A stretch of 64,000 bases of DNA from Candidatus Multivoradales bacterium (lineage in GTDB: Bacteria; Acidobacteriota; Thermoanaerobaculia; Multivoradales; Multivoraceae). The stretch is from NCBI GenBank assembly GCA_965223325.1, contig CBDCWI010000002.1, positions 32,001 to 96,000 on the forward strand, in the 5' to 3' direction. The position numbers were made by a program, and so were the translations under genes. Of this stretch, positions 36,900 through 46,420 are shown one piece after another. The notes beneath the pieces are model-generated. The model had not been told where the DNA came from and searched no databases. It worked only from the letters and a program-made list of their open reading frames with translations. The number at the start of each line of letters is the position of its first letter. The first letter of the stretch is position 1.

Positions 36900-38294
36900 G
36901 TGACGCGTACAAGAATGACTGAAGAGCCGAGTACCGCTCCGGCGCTCGACTGGACTCCGACCTCCTGGACTACGAAGGAAACCCTTCAGCAACCGACCTA
37001 CGAAGATCCTGAGCATCTGCAGGCCGTGGTCGAGGAGATGTCGGGCCTTCCGCCGCTGGTGACGTCCTGGGAGATCGAGAGCCTCAAGGAACAGCTGGCT
37101 GGCTGTGAGCGCGGCGAGATGTTCCTGCTCCAGGGTGGCGACTGTGCCGAGAACTTCAGGGAGTGCTCGTCCGACAACATCACCAGCAAGCTCAAGATTC
37201 TGCTGCAGATGAGCCTGGTGTTGGTTCACGCCTCCAAGACGCGGGTGGTGCGGGTTGGCCGCTTCGCCGGTCAGTACGCGAAACCGCGCTCGTCTGACGT
37301 CGAGAACCAGGATGGCGTCGAACTGCCGTCGTATCGCGGTGATCTGGTCAACGGGCTCGAATTCGATGCTGCGGTTCGCACCCCTGACCCAGACCGTTTG
37401 ATGCGGGGCTATGAGAAGGCCGCATTGACGCTCAATTTCATTCGCGGATTGATCGATGGTGGCTTCGCCGATCTTCATCACCCGGAGTACTGGGACCTGG
37501 ACTTCGTCGAACACTCGCCGAACGCGCGCGAGTACCAGTCGATGGTGCAGTCGATTGGCGACTCACTTCGCTTCATGGAGACGATTGCCGGTACCGACGT
37601 TGGGCAGATCGACCGGGTCGATTTCTTCACCAGTCATGAAGGACTGCACCTGCACTACGAACAGGCGCAGACTCGGCGAGTGCCGCGGCGTGTCGGTTGG
37701 TACAACCTGTCGACCCATCTGCCGTGGATCGGTATGCGGACCGCCGCCATCGACGGTGCGCATGTTGAGTTCTTCCGTGGTATTGAGAACCCGATCGGCG
37801 TCAAGATCGGTGTTGGGACGACGCCCGAGGGTCTAGTGAAGCTCGTCGAGCGCCTCGATCCCGACGATGAGCCTGGCCGGTTGACTCTCATTCATCGCTT
37901 CGGTGCCAAGAACGTCGGGGAGCACCTCGAACCCCTCGTCGAGGCCGTCAAGGCGAGCGGGCGCACGGTCTTGTGGTCCTGTGACCCGATGCACGGCAAC
38001 ACGCAAAGCACCGAGGAAGGGTTCAAGACGCGCGCCTTCGAGGACATTCTCGCCGAGCTCGAGCAGTCTTTCGAGATTCATCATCGCTGTGGTGGGCACC
38101 TGGGCGGCGTCCACTTCGAGCTCACCGGCGAAGACGTCACCGAGTGCGTGGGCGGTGCGCGGGGGCTGGTCAAAGAAGACTTGAAAAGGGCCTATCGCTC
38201 GCAAGTCGACCCGCGGTTGAACTACGAGCAGGCGTTGGAAATGGCGCTTCTGATGGGCAGGAAGATGGCGGCGCTTCGCGAGCGCGATCGTTAG
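36900..38294 (+). CDS. 3-deoxy-7-phosphoheptulonate (DAHP) synthase class II
   Basis: 'LQGGDCAE', 'GRFAGQYAKPRS', 'FFTSHE', 'CDPMHGNT', 'HFELTG..VTEC', 'DPRLN'. Confidence 0.96.
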   Translation: MTRTRMTEEPSTAPALDWTPTSWTTKETLQQPTYEDPEHLQAVVEEMSGLPPLVTSWEIESLKEQLAGCERGEMFLLQGGDCAENFRECSSDNITSKLKILLQMSLVLVHASKTRVVRVGRFAGQYAKPRSSDVENQDGVELPSYRGDLVNGLEFDAAVRTPDPDRLMRGYEKAALTLNFIRGLIDGGFADLHHPEYWDLDFVEHSPNAREYQSMVQSIGDSLRFMETIAGTDVGQIDRVDFFTSHEGLHLHYEQAQTRRVPRRVGWYNLSTHLPWIGMRTAAIDGAHVEFFRGIENPIGVKIGVGTTPEGLVKLVERLDPDDEPGRLTLIHRFGAKNVGEHLEPLVEAVKASGRTVLWSCDPMHGNTQSTEEGFKTRAFEDILAELEQSFEIHHRCGGHLGGVHFELTGEDVTECVGGARGLVKEDLKRAYRSQVDPRLNYEQALEMALLMGRKMAALRERDR

Positions 38295-38466
38295 GGGACG
38301 GGGAATCACCAGAATCCTAGAAGACTGCTAGGATTCAGGGAGATTTTGTCCTTGCGCCAGCTCGGAAACTGCGGGAGTCTCGTGGTCATCGAGCCAGAAT
38401 AGGCCTTCGAAGAGATTCTCCAGAAGGAGGCCCGACGGCGTTCATACGGTCCGGAGTTCCCTCAAC

Positions 38467-40230
38467 ATGAGTTCGAGCGACCCAAAGGGATTTCGCTTCC
38501 GCGAATCCACGCGCGCCCCCCATCAAACCCAGGTTCGAGTGCGCTTCGAACGCGACGGCCAGCCCGCCGTTGGCGCGACCGCGAACCTGTCGATGGAGGG
38601 AATGTTCATCCAGTCCGACGAACCGAAGCCTGTCGGTACGCTGATTCAGTTCGAGTTCGAGATCGAAGATCAAACCGTGCAGGGCTTGGGCGACGTGGTC
38701 TGGATTCGCACGCGCGCACTGGGATCCGACAAGCCACCGGGCATGGGCTTGCAGTTTCGCTACATTGATCCCCAGAGTCGTGACCTGATTTTCAAGGTCG
38801 TCGATCGCTACTTGAAAGACGCCAAGAACAACGGTCTGCCACAGATCCCCAAACCCGGGAGCGGCATGCCCACTGGAGGAACCCTCGGCGCCCCTCCCGC
38901 CGGTAGTGGAAGCGGCGCGATTCCTGCCGTCGGCCACCAGGCGGAACATCAGGACCAAGGGGCAGCGGAAAAAGAACCGGGCTTCGCACTCGACGTCGGC
39001 GAGTCGTACAGCATCGACGACAGCGCCAGCGGAGGCGCAGCACCGCTCGGCGAAGAGGCGAGCTCGCTTCTCGGCGAGTCGGTACCGGCCGAGGATCTCG
39101 ACCTGACGGTCGTCGACCAGCCGTTGCCGCCGCCTGAAGGAGACCCGACCGCCGCAAGAACCGTGGCCACCGACCTCGGGGACGTACCCCCACCCGCTGA
39201 GTCGCCAACGTACGGTTCGGAGGCCTCGACGCTGGGCTTTGACGATCCAATCCAGGCACCCGACTGGGAGGAGCCTCTACCCGCGGCCCAGCCGGGAGCA
39301 GACGAGACTCCGGGCGGATCGTTCGACATCAACAGTCTGGTCGATGAGGAACCCGTTGCGCCGATCGCGGCGCCTCCCGCCGACAGCTACCTGGGCTCAG
39401 GTTCCGCCGATCTGGACTACGACGACGTCGACATCATCGTCACGCGCACGGGCGGCAGCGGGCGCGGTCGCCTGCTCGGCCTGCTTGCGCTTCTCGTTCT
39501 GCCGCTCCTGCTTCTCTTCTTGCTCCGCGAGCGTTGGATGCCGCTCGTGGGTCTGGGCGGTGGAGACTCCGAGACCACGATCGAGGAGCCGGCGCCTTCA
39601 GAACCGGCCAACGATCCTGCTGCTGATTCCGCGGCGGCGACTACCGTCGCCAGTGCAGATGGAGAAACCGGGGAAGACAATGGAGAGGCGGGAGACCCCG
39701 ATTCGGACGCAGTTTCGGAGGACTTCGATGATCTCTTTGACGAGATGGAGCAAGACACCCAGGCAGCCGCGCCCGACGACGATTTCGGGACGCTCGACGA
39801 TGATCTTGCCGACGTCTCCGCCTCTCGGGCCCAGGACGACGTCGCGGCGGTAGCGCCCACACCGGCGCCGCAGGAACCTGCGGTCCGGGCGACGGCTCCG
39901 ACAGTACGCGTCGCCGACATGGCAGCGCGCGAAGAAGGCGGCCAGTCGGTGGTCACCATCGATTTCGATGGCCCTCTCGGTGGTGGCGCCGTGACCAGCC
40001 TGACGCTGCCGTCACCACCACGGCTGTTGGTGCGCGTGCAGGGGGTCTCGACGCGCTACAGCCCGGCGAGCTTCGCATCCGAGCACATCAGCGGCGTGCG
40101 CGCCGGGCTCCACAACACGGCCGAGCGCGGTGCAGAGATTCACTTCGTCTTCGATCTCGCTCAATCGGGGCTCGCCACCGACGTCAACGCGACCGGCAGC
40201 AAAGTCGTCGTACGTGTTTCGAACCCCTGA
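38467..40230 (+). CDS. PilZ domain - acidic linker - TM - AMIN-like domain protein
   Basis: RxxxR ('RESTR') and 'NLSMEG'; 'GMGLQF'; TM; C-terminal 'TLPSPPRLLV..G...VRAGLH....FVFDL'. Confidence 0.75.
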   Translation: MSSSDPKGFRFRESTRAPHQTQVRVRFERDGQPAVGATANLSMEGMFIQSDEPKPVGTLIQFEFEIEDQTVQGLGDVVWIRTRALGSDKPPGMGLQFRYIDPQSRDLIFKVVDRYLKDAKNNGLPQIPKPGSGMPTGGTLGAPPAGSGSGAIPAVGHQAEHQDQGAAEKEPGFALDVGESYSIDDSASGGAAPLGEEASSLLGESVPAEDLDLTVVDQPLPPPEGDPTAARTVATDLGDVPPPAESPTYGSEASTLGFDDPIQAPDWEEPLPAAQPGADETPGGSFDINSLVDEEPVAPIAAPPADSYLGSGSADLDYDDVDIIVTRTGGSGRGRLLGLLALLVLPLLLLFLLRERWMPLVGLGGGDSETTIEEPAPSEPANDPAADSAAATTVASADGETGEDNGEAGDPDSDAVSEDFDDLFDEMEQDTQAAAPDDDFGTLDDDLADVSASRAQDDVAAVAPTPAPQEPAVRATAPTVRVADMAAREEGGQSVVTIDFDGPLGGGAVTSLTLPSPPRLLVRVQGVSTRYSPASFASEHISGVRAGLHNTAERGAEIHFVFDLAQSGLATDVNATGSKVVVRVSNP

Positions 40231-40263
40231 TCCAGCCTCCGCCTGACCAGAACGGGCGATTCG

Positions 40264-42006
40264 GTGACTCGAGATGTGACCGAGCGACCCGCTGAACCGG
40301 ACAGAGAGGCCAGCGCTTCGGCCGGTGGGGCCGTGGCGGTGGGCGCCGGCATTCTCACCAGTCGCCTGGCAGGGCTCGTGCGTGAGGGGGCCATTGCGCA
40401 CTGGCTCGGTTCGACGGCGTTCGCCGATGTCTTCGTCGTTGCCCTGCGCGGCCCCAACCTGATTCAGAACCTGCTCGGCGAGCAGGCACTCTCGGCGGCC
40501 TTCATCCCCGTGTACCGACGGCTGGTGCGAAGGGGCGCGGAGGGCGAGGCGCGCCGGTTCGCGGGTTCGACGCTCGGCTTCCTACTGGTTGCGGTCGCCG
40601 TCGCGGCGCTCACCGGCATGGTGCTGGCGCCCTGGTTGGCGATGCTGTCGGCGCCTGGCTACCTGGCGGACCGCGGGTCGGAGGTCGATCGCTATGCGCT
40701 CCTGGTTCGGGCGATGCGCATCTTCTTTCCGATGGCTGCGGTGCTGACGCTTTCGGCCTGGTGTCTGGCGGTACTCAACAGTCACCGACGTTTCGTGCTT
40801 TCCTATGCCGCACCAGCGGTCTGGAGTCTGTCGATTGTCGCCGCCGCCGCGATCGGCCATCGTCTGGGGCTCGGACTCTCCGGGGTGCTCTTCTCGGCCT
40901 GCCTCGGCGGTTTGGTCGGGTCCCTCTTGCAGTTCCTGGTGCAACTGCCGACGGTTCTCGAGGAACTCAACGGCCGCCTGCCGGTCGCACCGCGGCGCGA
41001 CGCGCCCGGAATGAGAGAGGCGCTCACGGCTTTTGGCCCCGCCTTGATGGGGCGTGGAGTCGTTCAGGTTTCGTTCTGGTTGGAGACTCTGTTGACATCG
41101 TTTCTGGCCCCGGGTGCTCCCGCCCACCTCGCCCGCGCGCAACGCCTCTATGCACTGCCGGTGAGCCTGTTCGGCGGCGCCATCGCGGCGGCGGAGTTGC
41201 CCGGTCTCTCCGACCACGAAGCCAGCGATGAAGAAGGTCGAAGGCGCCGTGCCGAACGCCTTTCCGGCGCGCTCACGATCGCTCTTTTTCTCGCTGCCGG
41301 CGCCTGGGTCGGTCTGGTCGTCTTGGGTGGCTCGCTGATCGACGCCGTTTTGCGGCGTGGACTGTTCGGTGTCGCAGACCGTTACACCGTGTGGGTGGTG
41401 GTGGTGTTCTACGCCTTTGGAGTGGTGCCGAGTTCCTGTGCACGTTTGCTCCAGAATGCCTACTTCGTCGACGGCAACACCGCCACGCCTGCGCGCGTCG
41501 CCGCGGTTCGGGTGGGGTTGATGGTTCTCCTGGCTGTGCCGGCGATGCTGTGGCTCGACGGTTTGACGATCGGTCAAACGATAGAGGGCCTGTGGGCGGC
41601 GCTTCCGGCCGCGGTCGCCGATCGTGTCTTTCTCGCCGCTGATCTGGGGGCGGTGCGATTCGCCGAGCTCCGTCTCGGAGCGGCCGGTGTTGCCCTCGCC
41701 GCCAGCGTTTCTGGGTGGCTCGAAATGATCGTCTTGTTTTCGCGCCTCGGTGCCCAATGGATGCGCCCCTGGAAGGAGCTCGTTCGAATCCCGGTCTTTC
41801 TGCTGGTGGCAACGATCGCCGTCGCACCGGCCGCCTGGCTGGGAAGCATCGCCGCGCTGCCCGCCATTCCACGGATGTTGCTGCAGTTCGCGACGTTTGG
41901 CGTTTGCTACTTCTTGCTCGGCTATGTCCTACATTTGCCGGCCGCTCGGGCGCTCGTACAGGGCGCCAGATCCCGGCTGCCTGGGCGTCTCGGGGCCCAC
42001 AGCTAG
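40264..42006 (+). CDS. murJ: Lipid II flippase MurJ (MviN)
   Basis: 'SRLAGLVRE', 'ADVF..ALRGPN', 'GEQALSAAFIPVY', 'AQRL..LP..LFG'. Confidence 0.92.
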   Translation: MTRDVTERPAEPDREASASAGGAVAVGAGILTSRLAGLVREGAIAHWLGSTAFADVFVVALRGPNLIQNLLGEQALSAAFIPVYRRLVRRGAEGEARRFAGSTLGFLLVAVAVAALTGMVLAPWLAMLSAPGYLADRGSEVDRYALLVRAMRIFFPMAAVLTLSAWCLAVLNSHRRFVLSYAAPAVWSLSIVAAAAIGHRLGLGLSGVLFSACLGGLVGSLLQFLVQLPTVLEELNGRLPVAPRRDAPGMREALTAFGPALMGRGVVQVSFWLETLLTSFLAPGAPAHLARAQRLYALPVSLFGGAIAAAELPGLSDHEASDEEGRRRRAERLSGALTIALFLAAGAWVGLVVLGGSLIDAVLRRGLFGVADRYTVWVVVVFYAFGVVPSSCARLLQNAYFVDGNTATPARVAAVRVGLMVLLAVPAMLWLDGLTIGQTIEGLWAALPAAVADRVFLAADLGAVRFAELRLGAAGVALAASVSGWLEMIVLFSRLGAQWMRPWKELVRIPVFLLVATIAVAPAAWLGSIAALPAIPRMLLQFATFGVCYFLLGYVLHLPAARALVQGARSRLPGRLGAHS

Positions 42007-42110
42007 ACTGGGACTCGCGGGCGTGTTTCATCGCCTGGAACAAAACGGAGCCCTCGAACGTAGGAGCAGATGAACGCCGGACCCGCGCGGGTCCAAGGAG
42101 TGAGACGCCG

Positions 42111-42716
42111 ATGGAATCCATGATCGAACCGCTATTGAGCATTTGCCTGGGTCTGGGCCTGGCCGCCGCGTGCGGTTTCAGGGTCTTTGTCCCGTTCCTG
42201 GTCATGAGTCTCGCCAGTCGGGCGGGGGAGATGAATCTCTCCGAAGGCTTTGCCTGGATCGACTCTGACGCCGCCCTGATCGCTTTCGGTGCGGCTACCG
42301 TCCTCGAGATCGGTGCGTACTTCATTCCGTGGGTCGACAACCTGCTCGACTCGATCGCAACCCCAGCGGCAGTCGTCGCCGGCATTGTCGCGACCGCGGC
42401 GGCGGTTGGAGACACCAGCCCACTGGTCGGTTGGGGTACGGCGGTCATCGGCGGTGGCACCGTGGCCGGCGTTGTCCAGGGTGCGAGCACCGTCATTCGC
42501 GGCGCGTCCAGCGTCATGACGGCTGGCTTTGGCAACCCGCTGGTGGCGGGAGCCGAAGCGGTCGGCGCGGTTGGCCTGGCCGCACTGGCGATCGTTCTGC
42601 CTCTGGTTGCGGCGCTCCTGGTCGCGACTCTGTTCATCGCCGCCAGCAGCCGGATGGTGCGCGCTTCGGTGGCCACCCGACAGAAGCAGCGGGCCTTGGA
42701 CAACCCGGTCAGCTGA
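42111..42716 (+). CDS. DUF4126-family membrane protein
   Basis: 'GLGLAAACGFRVFVP', 'YFIPWVDNLLD', 'GFGNP'; AAGGAG SD. Confidence 0.85.
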   Translation: MESMIEPLLSICLGLGLAAACGFRVFVPFLVMSLASRAGEMNLSEGFAWIDSDAALIAFGAATVLEIGAYFIPWVDNLLDSIATPAAVVAGIVATAAAVGDTSPLVGWGTAVIGGGTVAGVVQGASTVIRGASSVMTAGFGNPLVAGAEAVGAVGLAALAIVLPLVAALLVATLFIAASSRMVRASVATRQKQRALDNPVS

Positions 42717-42792
42717 CAGCCGGGGCGGCATCGGGGCCAATCCGGCGCTTCGTCCCAGAACCATAGGTCCGGCGTCTTCGGTCGGCCGTAGA

Positions 42793-43995
42793 ATGGCTGT
42801 GGTGATGGAGATGGAAGCCAACCGGCAAAGCCGTCGTGCAGCTGGCACCAGGAGGCCTCGAAGGCCCACTGGTCTCCTTGTTCTGCTTGCCGTCGCGGCA
42901 CTCACAGCGGTGGGCTGCTCGAACGCGACAGCCATCCGGCCTATGCATGTCGATGACATGCGCGCGCTGGCCATCGGTCGCGGAGTGAACCAGCCTGTTG
43001 TGCCCTTCGAAGTGACGTCGGCGATGGTGAAGTGGGCTCGCGCCTCGGCGCCGCGCGCGGTTCCAGAGGATCAGCGCATGGTGATGCTGGCCGAGAGCCT
43101 GCTCGACGAGAAGGGTCCATCGATCGACTACAGCAACCACCGCACGCAGACCGCAATCGAGGCCTTCGAGGAGGGCAAGGCGAACTGTCTCTCGTTCACC
43201 TTGCTGTTTGTCGCGATGGCACGCGAAGTCGGCGTACCGGCGTACTTCCTTTCGGTTCGCGACATCTCGGACTATCAACGAGACGGCAATCTGGTGGTGA
43301 TCTCAGACCACATCGCCGTGGGCTACGGGCCGTCGCACGATCTGACGATTCTCGATTTCTCGTCCGAACCCAACAACGGCTACCGTCAGATCCAGCCGGT
43401 CACCGACACCCGCGCCACCGCCATGTTCTACTCCAACCGTGGGGCGGAAGCGCTGCGCGACGAGCAGCTCGACCTCGCGGTACGTTGGTTGTCCGATGCG
43501 GTGCGCATCGACCCCGGTCTTGCGGTGGCTTGGGTCAACCTCGGGGTTGCCCTCAGGCGAAGCGGTGACAGTGAACGTGCCGAAGAGGTATACCGCACGG
43601 CGATCGAGGTCGACCCCGACACCCACTCCGCGTACCACAACCTGGCGGCGCTCCTGCGCATGTCCGGAAGGGACCAGGAAGCCGACGAAGTCATGGCGTT
43701 CACTGCCACGGGCTCGAACCGCAACCCCTTTACCTACGTGCAGTTGGGCGACATGAGCCTGCGCCACGGGCGAGTACTCGATGCCGAGCGCTTCTACCGT
43801 CGTGCGATGCGACTGGGTTCGAAGCTCGCCGAGCCGCTGGCGGCACTCGGCTTGCTGAATCTGGCCGAAGGCAACGAGGCGGCGGCGCGGCGTTTTGCCA
43901 GAAAGGCAACGCGCATCGACCCCGACGACGCCCGTTTGAGAGTCCTTCTCCGCGGGCTCAGCAGGCAGGATTCGAACGACCTCGAACGACCCTGA
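42793..43995 (+). CDS. Lipoprotein with transglutaminase-like domain and TPR repeats
   Basis: 'LTAVGC' lipobox; 'ANCLSFT', 'DHI', 'ILDF' Cys-His-Asp; TPRs; start approximate. Confidence 0.75.
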   Translation: MAVVMEMEANRQSRRAAGTRRPRRPTGLLVLLAVAALTAVGCSNATAIRPMHVDDMRALAIGRGVNQPVVPFEVTSAMVKWARASAPRAVPEDQRMVMLAESLLDEKGPSIDYSNHRTQTAIEAFEEGKANCLSFTLLFVAMAREVGVPAYFLSVRDISDYQRDGNLVVISDHIAVGYGPSHDLTILDFSSEPNNGYRQIQPVTDTRATAMFYSNRGAEALRDEQLDLAVRWLSDAVRIDPGLAVAWVNLGVALRRSGDSERAEEVYRTAIEVDPDTHSAYHNLAALLRMSGRDQEADEVMAFTATGSNRNPFTYVQLGDMSLRHGRVLDAERFYRRAMRLGSKLAEPLAALGLLNLAEGNEAAARRFARKATRIDPDDARLRVLLRGLSRQDSNDLERP

Positions 43996-44032
43996 AGTCG
44001 ACGGGGGTGGCACGCCGGGGCCGGACAGCCCG

Positions 44033-46420
44033 GTGCCTCCTCGTGACACCATCACTTCGATGTCCTTCTCCGGTTGGCAGTTCTGGATCGACACCGGCGG
44101 TACCTTCACCGACTGCGTGGCGCGTTCCCCCGACGGTGGCCTGAAAGTCGCCAAGGTGCTTTCGAGCGGAGCCCTGCGCGCCGTCGCGCGCCGTCGTCCC
44201 GAGGATGCCGCGACGCTCGAGATCAACGGACTGCCCGATGTTCCGAACGGCTTTCTCGTTGGCTACCTGGTGTCGAGCCTAGCCGGCACTGGCGGCGCCC
44301 GAATCGTTGACCACCGCGCAGTGTCAGGTGCTGTGAGCGGCGGAGGGCCACTCGTTTCGACGGCCGTGGTCACCCTCGACGCTGCCGGCTTCTTCTCAGG
44401 ACTCGAGGAGCCATTCGCCGTCGAGCTGACGGCTGGGGAAGAGGCGCCACTTCTCGCCGCGCGTGTCGTAAGCGGCGCCGGCCTTTCCGAGAACAGGCGG
44501 AGCGGCCGACTGGCCGGTGCGCACATGCGCTTGGCGACGACTCGTGCCACCAACGCGCTACTCGAGGAGAAGGGCGCCGACTGCGCACTGTTCGTCACTC
44601 GAGGTTTCCGGGACCTGCTCCAGATCGCCGACCAGACCCGCCCCGACCTCTTCGCTCTCAGGATTCCGGACCGGCGCGTCCTCTACCAGGAAGCTGTCGA
44701 GGTCAGTGGGCGGCTGGACACCCGCGGCAGGGTCCTGGCGAAACTCGATCTGGGCGAGCTTCGACGCCACGCGATGAGGCTCAGGAGTCGTGGCATCGAC
44801 AGTGCAGCGGTGGCGTTTCTTCATGCCTTTACAAACCCGGACCATGAACTCGCGGCACGAAAGGTCCTTCTCGAGACTGGGTTTCGCCATGTTGCATTGT
44901 CTTCTGAGCTCGTTCCGCTGATCGGCTACGTCGACCGCGCGTCGACCGCGGTGGTCGAGTCGTACCTGGCGCCGATTCTCGATGAGTACCTCGAGGCGAT
45001 TGTCGAGGTGATCGGCGCAGCCGAGCTCGAACTGATGACCAGTGCCGGTGGCGTCGTTCCTGTGACGGGCTTTCGCGCCATCGACAGCCTGCTTTCGGGT
45101 CCTGCCGGTGGAGCCGTCGGAGCTCGATGGTCCGCCCAGCGCGCCGGCTTCGATCGAGTTCTGGGCTTCGACATGGGAGGAACATCGACTGACGTCTCGC
45201 GCTGCGGCGGAGAACTCGAGTTCGATTTCAGTCACCAGATCGGGGCCGCCCGCCTGGCGACGCCGGCGGTCGCAGTTCGAACCGTCGCGGCGGGCGGTGG
45301 GTCGATCTGCCGATGGCAGAACGGTCGCCTGACGGTCGGGCCACAGAGCGCCGGTGCGGCACCCGGACCTGCTTGTTACGGGGCGGGTGGACCGTTGACG
45401 CTGACCGACGTCAATCTGCTCCTGGGTCGCTTTCGCGAGGACCGTTTTCAGCTACCGATCGACGTCGGAGCGGCGGAGGCGGCCCTCGCGCAGGTTCTTG
45501 CGGATATGGCAGCCGACGGCGCGAGTCTTCTGGTCGACGACCACGACGGCCACGCCGATGATGCGAGAAACCGACTCGATGCCCGCAGTCGGCTGCTCCT
45601 GGGTCTTCTCCAGATCGCTAACGAGAGAATGGCCGAAACGATGCGTGAGGTCTCGATTGCACGCGGGTACGATCCACGGGACCACGCGTTGGTCGCCTTC
45701 GGTGGAGCGGGCGGTCAGCACGCCTGTGCGATCGCGCGGCGGGTAGGCAGCGCGGCCGTCCTGGTACCGGAGGGCGCCGGTGTGCTCAGTGCTGTCGGGC
45801 TCAAGGTGGCCGAGGTCGAGCGCTTTGCTCATCGGCAGGTGCTCCGCCCGCTGGAGGCCCTCGGTCGTGAGGATTGGCAAGTCCTGCTCGAAGAGCTCGG
45901 CGAGCAGGCGGGGTCGGCTCTGGCCAGCGAGGGCTACTCCCGTTCAGCGATCGTTCGTGCAAGGACGATTCTCTGCCTACGGCTCGAGGGCCAGGACAGC
46001 GTTCTCGAAGTCGAGCACCACCCGGGCCTGGACATCCGCCCGGCATTCATTCTGCGCTACGAGCAGGTCTTCGGCTACCGCCCTCCAGACCGGGCTGTGG
46101 AGGTCGAGTCGGTGCGGGTGGCAGCACGAGTGCAGGCCGCCCCGGACGAACGTGGCGTCGAGCTTGCGACCGCAGGCGAGCCTGAAGGATCCTGCGAAGT
46201 GGGCGTTCAGCCGACCTGCTTTGAGTCGGGCTGGGTAGACGAGACCCGGGTCTATGACCACTCCGCCCTCGCTCCCGCTTCCACGTCGGCCGTGCTGGGC
46301 CCGGCACTTGTCGTCCTCGAGCATGGCCTCGTGGTTGTCGAGCCAGGTTGGTCGATTCGGCGGTTGGGGGCTTTCAAGGGGGGAGCGCTCTTGCTGGCCG
46401 ATACCACGTTGAAGCGTTAG
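44033..46420 (+). CDS. 5-oxoprolinase / hydantoinase A (N-terminal ATPase half)
   Basis: 'WQFWIDTGGTFTD', 'TTRATNALLE', 'LSGPAGG', 'FDMGGTSTDV', 'AFGGAGGQH'. Confidence 0.9.
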   Translation: MPPRDTITSMSFSGWQFWIDTGGTFTDCVARSPDGGLKVAKVLSSGALRAVARRRPEDAATLEINGLPDVPNGFLVGYLVSSLAGTGGARIVDHRAVSGAVSGGGPLVSTAVVTLDAAGFFSGLEEPFAVELTAGEEAPLLAARVVSGAGLSENRRSGRLAGAHMRLATTRATNALLEEKGADCALFVTRGFRDLLQIADQTRPDLFALRIPDRRVLYQEAVEVSGRLDTRGRVLAKLDLGELRRHAMRLRSRGIDSAAVAFLHAFTNPDHELAARKVLLETGFRHVALSSELVPLIGYVDRASTAVVESYLAPILDEYLEAIVEVIGAAELELMTSAGGVVPVTGFRAIDSLLSGPAGGAVGARWSAQRAGFDRVLGFDMGGTSTDVSRCGGELEFDFSHQIGAARLATPAVAVRTVAAGGGSICRWQNGRLTVGPQSAGAAPGPACYGAGGPLTLTDVNLLLGRFREDRFQLPIDVGAAEAALAQVLADMAADGASLLVDDHDGHADDARNRLDARSRLLLGLLQIANERMAETMREVSIARGYDPRDHALVAFGGAGGQHACAIARRVGSAAVLVPEGAGVLSAVGLKVAEVERFAHRQVLRPLEALGREDWQVLLEELGEQAGSALASEGYSRSAIVRARTILCLRLEGQDSVLEVEHHPGLDIRPAFILRYEQVFGYRPPDRAVEVESVRVAARVQAAPDERGVELATAGEPEGSCEVGVQPTCFESGWVDETRVYDHSALAPASTSAVLGPALVVLEHGLVVVEPGWSIRRLGAFKGGALLLADTTLKR

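Noticed and set aside
42079-42094. Perfect 16-bp palindrome GGACCCGCGCGGGTCC before the DUF4126 RBS
   Set aside because: Single GC-rich occurrence with no U-tract or second copy; could be an operator or hairpin but unsupported.
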